The notes under the pieces are model-generated. The model searched no databases, was not told the origin of the DNA, and was given only the letters and a program-made list of their open reading frames with translations. The translations under genes and the position numbers were made by a program. DNA of 63,122 nucleotides from Alcanivorax sp. UBA4485 (GTDB lineage: Bacteria > Pseudomonadota > Gammaproteobacteria > Pseudomonadales > Alcanivoracaceae), in assembly GCA_002389055.1 (NCBI GenBank), contig DGNT01000176.1, positions 1-63,122 on the forward strand, in the 5' to 3' direction. Of the stretch, positions 37,703-47,090 are shown in pieces. Every line of letters starts with the position of its first letter. Position 1 is the first letter of the stretch.

Positions 37703-39697
37703 TCATTCTCCCCCCAGCATAAGTGCCCAGGCGTCCTGCAGTTCGGTAACGGCGCGGTCGTCGTGGAAGATGGCGCCGTTGTATCCGCGCAGGGTGTGGC
37801 GCCAGTGCGCACGCAGGGCCGGGTCGTGGGCGATGGCGAGGGCGAGTTCCACGTAGTGGTCCGGGTCGCGGGCGATCAGGTCGGTGACGCCCATTTGCCG
37901 GTACAGGCCGCTGGTGAAGTTGCCGCGCAGCAGGGGCGAGGGCAGGGTGATCAGCGGCACCGCCAGGCCCAGGGCGTCGAAGCTGGTGTTGGCGCCGGTG
38001 TAGTGGGGCGGGTCCAGGGCCACATCCACCTGATTCACCAGCCCCAGGTAGCGTTGCCGGTCCATGCGCGGCAGCAGGGTGACGCGTTCGGCCAGCGGGC
38101 CCAGGCGGCGTCGCAGCCGCTGGCGCAGTGGCGCGGTTTCGGCGCCTTCCTGGCTGCCGATCAGCAGCAGGCGGGCGGCCGGATCCTGCTCCAGAATCGC
38201 CGCCACCAGCGTGTCGAAGTCCGGGTGGATTTTGCGCGGGTTCTGGTGGCACAGGTAGAGATGCTCGTTGTCCGACAGGCCGAAGTCGGCGCGGCTGGGC
38301 GGACGATCCGCAAGCCGGGGCGGTTCCGCCCAGGTGAACATATTGCCGGGCATGGTCAGCAGGGGTTCCCGGTAACGTTGTTGCGCGTCGTCGGTTTCCA
38401 CCAGGTCCGAGGACAGAAAGAAATCCATGCCCGGGATGCCGGTGGTCAGCGGCCAGGCCCAGCTGGTGTACTGCAGCGGCGCCGGGCGGAACCAGGGCAG
38501 GAAATAGTTGAACGAGTCCGAGCCCACTTCCCAGTGATAGAGCAGATCCAGCCGCGCCGCGCGCAGTTGTTCGGCGGCCTGGTCCACCCGTGGGCTTAGC
38601 GCCAGCCAGGTCAGGCCATCATCGCCCAGGGCGGCGCGGGTCTGGCGCAGCGCGGGGCGGGTCACCGCCACCACGATTTCGAAGCGGTGCCGGTCCAGGC
38701 GTGGCAGTACGCCCTGGAGGCTGCGGATAAAAATGCCTTCGTGGCCGTGGTTGACGACCATGCCGATGCGACGCCGCTCGCCGCCGGCGCGGGGCGGCGG
38801 CGGTTCGAAGGTGGGCAGGCGCGGCGCGACCATGTCCGCGTAGGCGCTTTTCAGGGTCAGGTCGTGGCGGCCCTGATACATCAGGGTGGGGGGCGGCTCG
38901 GCGCCGCTGTGCTCCAGTAAAGTAAGGTCCAGTTGGCCGGGGCGATCCCGCCAGCGTTCGATGGTGGCGGCGAAGCCGTCCCGCCAGGCGTCGATGGCGT
39001 CGTTGTCGTCGAACACGTCCGGGCACAGGGTGTCCGCGTGCAGGGCGTGCCACCAGTGCTCCGGTCTCAGTTGCGCCACGCGCCGGTAACCGTTGGCGGC
39101 CGCTTCGGTGTGTCCCTGGCGTTCCTCCGCCACCGCCAGATTGAGATGACCGTCGGTGTAATCCGGCGCTAGCGTCAGCGTGTCGCGCAGCACCCGGGCG
39201 GCTTCCGCCGGGCGGCGCTGTAGGATGTGCGCGCTGGCCAGGTTGTTGAGCACCTTCGCATGGCGGGCGCCGGGCAGGTGTTTCAGGGCCTGTTGGTAGC
39301 TGGCGCGGGCGTCGTCGTAGAGTCCCGCGTCCAGTTGCGCGTTGCCCTGGTTGTACCAGCCGTCGCCGTGGTTGGGCTGGCGGCGCAGGGCTTCGGCGTA
39401 GTGTGCCAGCGCCTGGTCCAGCCGGCCGGCGCCGCGCAGCGCCAGGGCCAGATTGAAGCGCGCCACCGGCTGGTCGGGCATCCGCGCCACGGCGCCCTCC
39501 AGCACCGCCACGGCGGCTTCGAACTGGCCCAGCCGCCGCAGAATCTCGCCATGGTTGATCACCGCCGCCGGCACATCCGGGTAGCGCGCCGCCAGCGGCG
39601 CCAGCAGTGCCTGGGCGTCCCCGAGCCGGCCGTCACCGGCGAGCGTCAGCGCCCGTTTCAGGGTCTGTTGCGGGGAGTCTTGGATAGGATCGCTCAT
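37703..39697 (-). CDS. TPR-repeat GT41 (OGT/SPINDLY/HMW1C-like) glycosyltransferase
   Basis: N-terminal TPRs; CHQNPRKIHP and DVALDPPHYTGANTSFDAL..VPLITL motifs. Confidence 0.85.
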   Translation of the reverse strand: MSDPIQDSPQQTLKRALTLAGDGRLGDAQALLAPLAARYPDVPAAVINHGEILRRLGQFEAAVAVLEGAVARMPDQPVARFNLALALRGAGRLDQALAHYAEALRRQPNHGDGWYNQGNAQLDAGLYDDARASYQQALKHLPGARHAKVLNNLASAHILQRRPAEAARVLRDTLTLAPDYTDGHLNLAVAEERQGHTEAAANGYRRVAQLRPEHWWHALHADTLCPDVFDDNDAIDAWRDGFAATIERWRDRPGQLDLTLLEHSGAEPPPTLMYQGRHDLTLKSAYADMVAPRLPTFEPPPPRAGGERRRIGMVVNHGHEGIFIRSLQGVLPRLDRHRFEIVVAVTRPALRQTRAALGDDGLTWLALSPRVDQAAEQLRAARLDLLYHWEVGSDSFNYFLPWFRPAPLQYTSWAWPLTTGIPGMDFFLSSDLVETDDAQQRYREPLLTMPGNMFTWAEPPRLADRPPSRADFGLSDNEHLYLCHQNPRKIHPDFDTLVAAILEQDPAARLLLIGSQEGAETAPLRQRLRRRLGPLAERVTLLPRMDRQRYLGLVNQVDVALDPPHYTGANTSFDALGLAVPLITLPSPLLRGNFTSGLYRQMGVTDLIARDPDHYVELALAIAHDPALRAHWRHTLRGYNGAIFHDDRAVTELQDAWALMLGGE

Positions 39698-39779
39698 GCA
39701 AAGCAACGATACCGGCATTGGCGCCGTTTAGGGAGAGCAACCGCCGACGCCCGGATGGGGTCGGCGGTTTGGTGACCGG

Positions 39780-41165
39780 CTAGCGGCGAACGCGCCGGCG
39801 CAGGGCCAGCAGGCCCAAGCCGAGCAACGTCAGCAGGCCGGTGGCGCCGCTGTTATCGTCGTCGTCCTCTTGCGGGGCCGGTTCCGGGTCGGGGCTTTCC
39901 GGCAGGGCCTGGACCAGTGCCTTGATCTCATAGGACTCGCCGTCCTGCTGCTGGAACCACACCAGCGCCGCCACGGTGTCCGTGACCACCACCCGGGTGG
40001 CCAGGGAGTAATCGATCGTATCCTCATCGCCACTAACGATGGGTACCGGATCACCGACGGAGGCGTCGCCGTCCACGCCGGCCACCAGACTGACCGGCGG
40101 CTGCGCTTGCCGGAAGTGGGTCCAGGTGGTGATGATCTGGTCGCCGTACAGGGCCAGCCCCAGCGGCGGGATCGGCTGCATGATTTCGGTATCACTGGCA
40201 ATCAGGAAGTCGGCGCCGGCGGTGCCATCGGCCTGCAGACGCTGGCCTTGAATGGAGGTGACCGGCTGGCTGTCAACTGCTTCCATTTGATGCCACACGC
40301 CCACGAAGCCGCCGTCCTCGTCCGCCACCAGGGTAGGGTACACCTGGCTGAGGCTGGCGCCCTGCTGGCTGCCGTCGTCCAGACGGAAAGGGGTCGCGTC
40401 CAGCGCGGTGCCGTTGATATTGAAGCGCTGCCCGTGAATCACCAGGCCATTGTCGTAGGTACTCCAGGCCGCCAGCCAGGTGTCGCCTTGCATGGCCAGC
40501 GCCATGGGGAACAGGGTATTGCCGGCCTGGGCGAGGGTTTCGGCGGCACCCATTGCCGTGCCGTCGGCGTTGAACCGGCGGGCCTGATATTGAAAGCGCT
40601 GGGAGACGTTATCCGGGTCTTCCAGGGTCCAGCCGAGGACGAAGGCGCCGTCCTGGTTCATCGCCAGAGACACATCGCAGTGTTGGCCGGAAGTCTCGGG
40701 GGCCCATTGCATGATGCCGGGCATGCCCTCGCTGGGGAGGAGCGTAAAAGCCACGGTGTCGGTGCAATCGTTGCCACCGACGTCCGCTTCCCAGGCCAGC
40801 ACCAGGTCGCCATCGCCGTCGGCGGCCATCACCGGGTTGCTCAGGCTGATCGAGCTGGAGGCATCGCTGAACACCGTCAGTGTATCGCCGACCCGCGTAC
40901 CGGTGCTGTCGAACCGCGCCAGCTTGATGGTTTCGTTGACGTCGTCGAGGTTCTGTTCCAGCCAGACCACGGCGAAGCGGCCATCGGGCAGGGCGGCGAC
41001 GTCGAAGTTCTGCAGGCGCAGGTCGTTGGCGGCGGTGTACAGAGTGAGCGTGTCGCCCGGCGCGGGATCGTCCGCCGGATCAGGCGCGGCGTGCGCGGAA
41101 GCATGAAACAGGGCGGCACAGACCGCCATTGCCAACGGCGTGCGTTGGAATGCAGTAGAAGACAT
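39780..41165 (-). CDS. Secreted acidic repeat (beta-propeller-like) protein with a GlyGly-CTERM-like anchor
   Basis: Signal (ASAHA/A). Repeats x-A-x-x-x-DG-x-F-V-V-W. C-terminus DDDNSGATGLLTLLGLGLLALRRRVRR. Confidence 0.75.
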   Translation of the reverse strand: MSSTAFQRTPLAMAVCAALFHASAHAAPDPADDPAPGDTLTLYTAANDLRLQNFDVAALPDGRFAVVWLEQNLDDVNETIKLARFDSTGTRVGDTLTVFSDASSSISLSNPVMAADGDGDLVLAWEADVGGNDCTDTVAFTLLPSEGMPGIMQWAPETSGQHCDVSLAMNQDGAFVLGWTLEDPDNVSQRFQYQARRFNADGTAMGAAETLAQAGNTLFPMALAMQGDTWLAAWSTYDNGLVIHGQRFNINGTALDATPFRLDDGSQQGASLSQVYPTLVADEDGGFVGVWHQMEAVDSQPVTSIQGQRLQADGTAGADFLIASDTEIMQPIPPLGLALYGDQIITTWTHFRQAQPPVSLVAGVDGDASVGDPVPIVSGDEDTIDYSLATRVVVTDTVAALVWFQQQDGESYEIKALVQALPESPDPEPAPQEDDDDNSGATGLLTLLGLGLLALRRRVRR

Positions 41166-41372
41166 TGGATTTTCCCCCAAGAGTAATAGAAGTGTCCGGG
41201 GGCTTTTTTTGCGACGCTCCACCGCCGATCCACGGTCGGAATATAGCACTTTTTTGCACAATAGCTATCGGCATAGTCGGGTTGAGTGGTGTGGGCCTTC
41301 GGGTGGGGTCGCCCGCTTCCGGCTGGCGACGTATAATGCGCGCCCCGAATCCCAGCAGTCAGGAGTGCCCCC

Positions 41373-42881
41373 ATGACGGTGATCCGCCAGGACGATCTGA
41401 TTCAAAGCGTTGCCGATGCCCTGCAGTACATCTCTTACTACCACCCGGTGGATTTTATCCGCGCGGTGAAGGAAGCCTACGAGCGGGAAGAGAGCAAAGC
41501 GGCCAAGGACGCCATGGCGCAGATTCTGGTGAATTCCCGCATGTCCGCGATGGGCCACCGGCCGATTTGCCAGGACACCGGCATCGTCACCGTGTTCTGT
41601 AAGGTGGGCATGAACGTGACGTTCGAGAGCGAGATGAGCCTGGACGACATGATCAACGAGGGCGTGCGCCGGGCCTACAATCACCCGGACAACGTGCTGC
41701 GCGCCTCGGTGCTGGCGGACCCGGACGGCAAGCGTGCCAACACCAAGGACAACACGCCGGCGGTGATCAACTACTCCATCGTTCCCGGCGACACCGTCGA
41801 AATCGATGTGGCGGCCAAGGGCGGCGGCTCCGAGGCGAAATCCAAGTTCGCCATGCTCAACCCGTCCGATTCCGTGGTCGACTGGGTGCTCGAGCAGATT
41901 CCGAAAATGGGCGCCGGTTGGTGCCCGCCGGGCATGCTCGGCATTGGCATCGGTGGCACCGCCGAGAAAGCCATGCTGATCGCCAAAGAGTCCCTGATGG
42001 ACCCCATCGACATCCATGAGCTGCAGGCCCGCGGCGCGCAAACCCGTTCCGAGGAACTGCGCCTGGAACTGTTCGAGAAGGTCAACGCGCTGGGCATCGG
42101 CGCTCAGGGCCTGGGCGGCCTGACCACGGTGTTGGATGTGAAGGTGGCGGATTACCCCACCCACGCGGCCAACAAGCCGGTGGCGATCATCCCCAACTGC
42201 GCCGCCACCCGCCACGCCCATTTTATTCTCGACGGCAGCGGCCCGGCCGAATTGAAAGCCCCGGACCTGGAAGAATGGCCGGACATCGCCTGGGGCAACG
42301 ACGAAGGCGCCAAGCGCGTCAATCTGGATACGGTGACCCCGGAAGAGGTGCAGACCTGGCAGCCCGGCGACACCATCCTGCTGTCCGGCAAGCTGCTCAC
42401 CGGCCGTGACGCGGCGCATAAGCGCATGGTGGACATGATCTCCAAGGGCGAGGAGCTGCCGGTGGACTTCACCAACCGCTTTATCTACTACGTGGGTCCG
42501 GTGGATCCGGTGGGCGACGAAGTGGTGGGCCCGGCGGGCCCCACCACCGCCACCCGCATGGACAAGTTCACCCGCACCATGCTGGAGAAGACCGGTCTGA
42601 TCGGCATGGTCGGCAAGGCCGAGCGTGGCGACACCGCCATCGAAGCAATCAGGGACAACAAGGCGGTCTACCTGATGGCCGTGGGTGGCGCCGCCTACCT
42701 GGTGTCCAAGGCGATCCGCAAATCCCGCGTGGCCGCCTTCGAGGATCTGGGCATGGAAGCGATCTACGAATTCGAAGTGGAAGACATGCCGGTGACCGTG
42801 GCGGTGGATTCCAACGGCGAATCCGTGCACAAGACCGGCCCGGTGATCTGGAAAGAGAAGATCGCCGCCAAATCCGCCTGA
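41373..42881 (+). CDS. fumA: Class I (Fe-S) fumarate hydratase
   Basis: RPICQDTG, AKGGGSE, GAGWCPPG, GPTTATRM. Confidence 0.95.
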   Translation: MTVIRQDDLIQSVADALQYISYYHPVDFIRAVKEAYEREESKAAKDAMAQILVNSRMSAMGHRPICQDTGIVTVFCKVGMNVTFESEMSLDDMINEGVRRAYNHPDNVLRASVLADPDGKRANTKDNTPAVINYSIVPGDTVEIDVAAKGGGSEAKSKFAMLNPSDSVVDWVLEQIPKMGAGWCPPGMLGIGIGGTAEKAMLIAKESLMDPIDIHELQARGAQTRSEELRLELFEKVNALGIGAQGLGGLTTVLDVKVADYPTHAANKPVAIIPNCAATRHAHFILDGSGPAELKAPDLEEWPDIAWGNDEGAKRVNLDTVTPEEVQTWQPGDTILLSGKLLTGRDAAHKRMVDMISKGEELPVDFTNRFIYYVGPVDPVGDEVVGPAGPTTATRMDKFTRTMLEKTGLIGMVGKAERGDTAIEAIRDNKAVYLMAVGGAAYLVSKAIRKSRVAAFEDLGMEAIYEFEVEDMPVTVAVDSNGESVHKTGPVIWKEKIAAKSA

Positions 42882-42987
42882 GCGGGGAACTAACCGGGCC
42901 GCTCCGGCTCGGACTGTTGAGCCTTTAATTGTAGGAGCGCTCGCTCCCAAGCGCTTCGACAAAAACGAATCAATCGTTGTTTTTATT

Positions 42988-43842
42988 ATGCGTTCCAACC
43001 TGACGATCCTGCTGCTCGGCCTGGTGGCCGTGGCACTCACCGGCTGCGCGTCGCTGCGCGATTCCACGGCCGGTTTGATGGGGCGGACCCAGGTGCCGGC
43101 CACGGTGGCCGGGCTGAGCTACGGTGCCATCGACGCCCTGGGAGCCATGGATGGCGCCTGCCAGCGGCTCGCCGAGGCGCACCGGGCGGAACGTTATGTG
43201 GATGAGCGCCTGCTGAACGACGAATGGCTGCCCGCCTGCCGGGAGCGGATCGAGTCGGTGCGCCAGTCCCGGCGTCTGGACCGGCTGGTGGACGACGCCT
43301 ACCAGGCCCAGCAGGCCCACGAGGCGGAGCTGGCCCGGCAACGGGCGGAGCAGGCGCGCATCCGGCGCAATATGGAAGCGGCCCGCCGCGAAGCCGAGCA
43401 GCGCAGCGAAGCCGCCGCCGACCAGGCCCAGGGCCGGCTGCGCGAGCGTCTCGCCGACGCCCATATCCTGAGTATCCTCGAAGACGTGCCCGACCAACCG
43501 CTGGCGTTCGCCGTGGGCCAGGCGTCGGAGCGCACCATGAAGAACTTCCTCGCTTGTCTCGAAGTGGGCTACCCCAACCAGGGCTACGAGGTGGACCGCG
43601 GCGACGACAGCCTGACCGTCACCGCCCGCCAGGCGGACATGCTGCGCGGCGACGTGGACATCCGCGCCCGCTTCGTGAACGTCTGGGACACCTGGATGCT
43701 GGAATCCCTGAGCGTGGCGGAGCTCACCGCGCGCACCCCTCAGGACCGCTTCATGCTGGCCCAGAATCTGCTCGCCGGGCACTGCTATGGCATCGATAAC
43801 CTGATGCAGCGCGACGCCCCCACCACGTCCGACCGTTCCTGA
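42988..43842 (+). CDS. Hypothetical lipoprotein with a central coiled coil
   Basis: Lipobox ALTGC; A/E/Q/R-rich helix. Confidence 0.7.
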   Translation: MRSNLTILLLGLVAVALTGCASLRDSTAGLMGRTQVPATVAGLSYGAIDALGAMDGACQRLAEAHRAERYVDERLLNDEWLPACRERIESVRQSRRLDRLVDDAYQAQQAHEAELARQRAEQARIRRNMEAARREAEQRSEAAADQAQGRLRERLADAHILSILEDVPDQPLAFAVGQASERTMKNFLACLEVGYPNQGYEVDRGDDSLTVTARQADMLRGDVDIRARFVNVWDTWMLESLSVAELTARTPQDRFMLAQNLLAGHCYGIDNLMQRDAPTTSDRS

Positions 43843-43849
43843 TCAGTCT

Positions 43850-44791
43850 TTAATCTGGTTCATCGCCGTTGAGGAAGGCGGCGATCTCCCGGTAGGTGTC
43901 GGCGCAGGCGTCTGGCGCCAGCGATTCCAGATTCAGGTAGGCGTGGATCATGTCGTCGAAGTGCCGGTGGCGGCAGGGTACGCCGGTGTCGTTGAGCCGG
44001 CGCGCGTAGGCCAGCGCTTCGTCGCGCAGCGGGCAGTATTCGGCGCTGATCACCAGCGTTTCCGGCAGCCGGTTGCTCACCGGCATGAACAGTGGTGAAG
44101 CGCCGCGGCGGTCCTCGCCGTGCTGGAAATAGTGCTGGAAGTACCAGGCGATGCGCTCCGCTTCCAGTAAATAGCCCTGGCCGTTCTCCGTCACCGAGGG
44201 GTGGTTCAGGGTGTAGTCCAGGCTGGGGTAGATCAGCACCTGCTTTTCCACCGGCAGCAGCGGATCGTTCTGGGCCAGCGCGCTGAGGGTGGCGGCGAAG
44301 GTGCCGCCGCCGGAGTCGCCGGCCAGGGCCAGGCGCCGCTGGTAGCGGCGGCCTTCGGCGTCGAGTACCGGCCAGATATGGCGGGCCGCGCTGTGGCAGT
44401 CCTCCAGGCCAAACGGATAGGGGTATTCCGGGGCCAGCCGGTATTCCACCGACACCACCAGCCAGCCGCTGGCGTCGGCGAGCCGCCGGCAGATCGGGTC
44501 GTACACGGCGATGTCGCCGGCCATGTGGCCGCCGCCGTGGAAGAACAGACACACCGGGGTGTCCCGCTCCGGCGCCGGGTCATAGAGCCGCACCGGGACC
44601 GGGGTTTCACCGCATTCCACCCGGGCGTCGCCGACCCAGGGCTGCGCCGGGCCGGCGGCGACCAGGTTCCGGGTCATCGCCGCCATGCTGTCGCGCACTG
44701 CGGCGGGCGTGGCCTCGACGCCGGCGGTTTTTTGTTCGGCCACCAGGGCGTTGAGGCGGTCGAGCCACTCTTTCAGTTGCGCGTTCAGCAT
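43850..44791 (-). CDS. HSL-family (GDxG) esterase/lipase
   Basis: HGGG, GDSGG, CPLRDE, HAY. Confidence 0.9.
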   Translation of the reverse strand: MLNAQLKEWLDRLNALVAEQKTAGVEATPAAVRDSMAAMTRNLVAAGPAQPWVGDARVECGETPVPVRLYDPAPERDTPVCLFFHGGGHMAGDIAVYDPICRRLADASGWLVVSVEYRLAPEYPYPFGLEDCHSAARHIWPVLDAEGRRYQRRLALAGDSGGGTFAATLSALAQNDPLLPVEKQVLIYPSLDYTLNHPSVTENGQGYLLEAERIAWYFQHYFQHGEDRRGASPLFMPVSNRLPETLVISAEYCPLRDEALAYARRLNDTGVPCRHRHFDDMIHAYLNLESLAPDACADTYREIAAFLNGDEPD

Positions 44792-45168
44792 TGGAACAGG
44801 ACCAGGGCGTCGCCGGCGCAGATCATCCGGCCGTCCTCGCCGGTGCACAGGGTGTCCAGATTGACCAGCGCCTTGTCGCCGCGCAGGTGGGTGATGGTGA
44901 CGGTGGCGGTGAGCGTTTCACCGATGCGGGCGTCTTCTTCGAAGCGCATGTGCTGCTTGAGGTAGTTGGTGCCGTGGCCGGGCAGTTCCTCGCCGAGCAG
45001 GTAGGAAAACAGGCCGGCGATCAGCGGCTCGGGCACTTGGTCCGGGGTCTGACCTTCAAGATTGGCCATGTCGCACCATTCGCGCACGTCCTCGGCGCTG
45101 AAGCGCCGTTCCACGGTGGCCTGTTCTTCCAGCCGCAGGGCGTTGAAGTGGGGCAGGGTCTCGCTCAT
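44785..45168 (-). CDS. MaoC-like hot-dog protein lacking the hydratase motif
   Basis: LLGEELPGHGTNYLKQHMRF...IGETLTATVTI. Confidence 0.75.
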   Translation of the reverse strand: MSETLPHFNALRLEEQATVERRFSAEDVREWCDMANLEGQTPDQVPEPLIAGLFSYLLGEELPGHGTNYLKQHMRFEEDARIGETLTATVTITHLRGDKALVNLDTLCTGEDGRMICAGDALVLFQC

Positions 45169-45566
45169 GGCGCCATCTCCGGGTCGAGTTTGAGCCGACA
45201 GGTGCCCTGCAGGCAGCGGCTGTCGTCTTCCTTGAGCACGTCGGTGGTGAGGTGGACGATGCCGTCCACCGGGCGGCCGCGGGTTTCCAGCACCACGGTG
45301 AGCGGCTCGTCGGCGTAGGCCGGCGCCGGGAACTTCAGGTCCTGCACTTCCAGCCGGGCGCCGGGGAAAAATTCCTGGATCAGCCCGCGCACCGCGCTGA
45401 ACAGCAGCATGCCGTGGGACACGGTGGCGCCGAAGCGGGTGCCGGCGGCGTAGTCCGGGTCCACGTGGATGGGGTTGTGGTCGCCGCTGAGCCGGGCGAA
45501 GCGGTGGAAGTCCGCCTGGCTGAAGGACAGATCCCGTTCCATGCGGGCGGTGTTATTGCTTTGCAT
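45165..45566 (-). CDS. MaoC/PhaJ-like (R)-enoyl-CoA hydratase
   Basis: FARLSGDHNPIHVD...HGML. Confidence 0.9.
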   Translation of the reverse strand: MQSNNTARMERDLSFSQADFHRFARLSGDHNPIHVDPDYAAGTRFGATVSHGMLLFSAVRGLIQEFFPGARLEVQDLKFPAPAYADEPLTVVLETRGRPVDGIVHLTTDVLKEDDSRCLQGTCRLKLDPEMAP

Positions 45567-47076
45567 GATCACGCAACTCCTGTTTGGTGACTTTGCCCAG
45601 GGCGTTACGGGGCAGGGCATCGACCCGTTCGAACGCTTTGGGCACCTTATAACCGGCGAGCCGCTCGCGGCAAAACGCGCGCAGCGCTTCCGGGTCCGGG
45701 GCGTCCTGATCCGGGTGGACGCCGTAATACGCCTTGCCGACTTCGCCCCATTTGTCGTCGGGCATGCCGACCACCGCCACCTCGGCGATGGCGGGGTGCT
45801 GTTCCAGCACTTTTTCCACCTCCGCCGGGTAGACGTTTTCGCCGCCGGAGATGTACATGTCCTTCCAGCGGTCGACGATAAAATACTGGCCGTCCTCGTC
45901 GCAGCGGGCCACGTCGCCGCTGTGCAGCCAGCCGTCGGCGCGGATCGCGTCGGCGGTGGCGTCCGGGCGGTTCCAGTACCCGGGCGTGATGTTGGGGCCG
46001 CGAATCAGCAGTTCGCCGGCGTCACCCGGGGGCACGTCCCGGCCGTCCCGGTCGACGATGCGCACTTCGGTGAGCAGCTGCGGCCGGCCCACCGAGCCGA
46101 TCTTGTCGATCACCTTGTCTTCGTCCAGCAGGAACACCGTGGGGCCGGTTTCCGTCATGCCCATGCCGGTGCGCACGCGGATGCCGGCGTCCACATAGCG
46201 CTGCGCCACCGGCAGCGACAGCGGCGCGCCGCCGCAGCCCCAGGAGCGCACGCCCTTGAGGCGCTCGCCGCTGAACCCGGGGTGATCGAGCAGCGCCTGG
46301 TAGACCGCCGGCACCCCGAAGAAGATGGTCGCTCTTTTTTCCAACACTTGCAGTGCCTGATCCGGGTCGAAGGCGCGCGCCACCAGAACGCTGCCACCGA
46401 CCATGAACACCGCCGACGAATACAGATTGATGCCGGCGGTGTGGAACAGCGGCAGGACGTTGAGCAGCACGTCATCGCCGTTGAGGTTCACCGCCAGGCC
46501 GATATTGAGGTAGTTGGCCAGCATCATGCGGAAGGTCTGGATCACGCCCTTGGGCCGGCCAGTGGTGCCGGAGGTATAGAGCAGGTACCAGGGGGTGTCC
46601 GGGTCCTTGTCCGGGTGGGGGGCGAGGTCCGGCCGGGTGTCGGCCAGATCCCGGTGGTAATCCCGCTGGCCGTCGGCGGCGCCGTCCAGCGCCACCAGGG
46701 TGAGCGGCCCGCAGCGTTGCTGGAGCTGGGCCGCCGCGTCGGCGAACTCGGCGCCGAAAATCAGCGCGCCGGGATCGCAGTCTTCCACCAGCACCTCCAG
46801 TTCCGGTACCGCCAGGCGCCAGTTCAGCGGCACCAGGATCAGGCCGGCCTTGGCGCAGCCGAACAGCATGGCGAAGAACTCCGCCCGGCTGTGGCCCAGA
46901 TACGCCAGCCGGTCGCCTTCCTTCAGGCCCCAGTGATCGCGGGCGGCGGCCGCCAGCCGCGCCGCGCGTTCATTGAATTGGGCGTAGTTATAGCGCTCAC
47001 CACTTTCCAGGTCCTCCAGAGCCGGGCGGCCCGAGGAGACCCGGGCCCGATGGGCGAGCAAGTCGAACATTTCCAT
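45553..47076 (-). CDS. Acyl-CoA synthetase (AMP-binding)
   Basis: YTSGTTGRPKG, GMTET, GWLHSGD, ISGGENVYPAEVE. Confidence 0.93.
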   Translation of the reverse strand: MEMFDLLAHRARVSSGRPALEDLESGERYNYAQFNERAARLAAAARDHWGLKEGDRLAYLGHSRAEFFAMLFGCAKAGLILVPLNWRLAVPELEVLVEDCDPGALIFGAEFADAAAQLQQRCGPLTLVALDGAADGQRDYHRDLADTRPDLAPHPDKDPDTPWYLLYTSGTTGRPKGVIQTFRMMLANYLNIGLAVNLNGDDVLLNVLPLFHTAGINLYSSAVFMVGGSVLVARAFDPDQALQVLEKRATIFFGVPAVYQALLDHPGFSGERLKGVRSWGCGGAPLSLPVAQRYVDAGIRVRTGMGMTETGPTVFLLDEDKVIDKIGSVGRPQLLTEVRIVDRDGRDVPPGDAGELLIRGPNITPGYWNRPDATADAIRADGWLHSGDVARCDEDGQYFIVDRWKDMYISGGENVYPAEVEKVLEQHPAIAEVAVVGMPDDKWGEVGKAYYGVHPDQDAPDPEALRAFCRERLAGYKVPKAFERVDALPRNALGKVTKQELRDHAKQ

Positions 47077-47090
47077 ATTCTCTCCCGCAA

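Noticed and set aside
42931-42955. Additional REP copies at 42931 and 52578
   Set aside because: Too degenerate (GTAGGAGCG only; partial TTCGCGGGC hairpin) to call confidently
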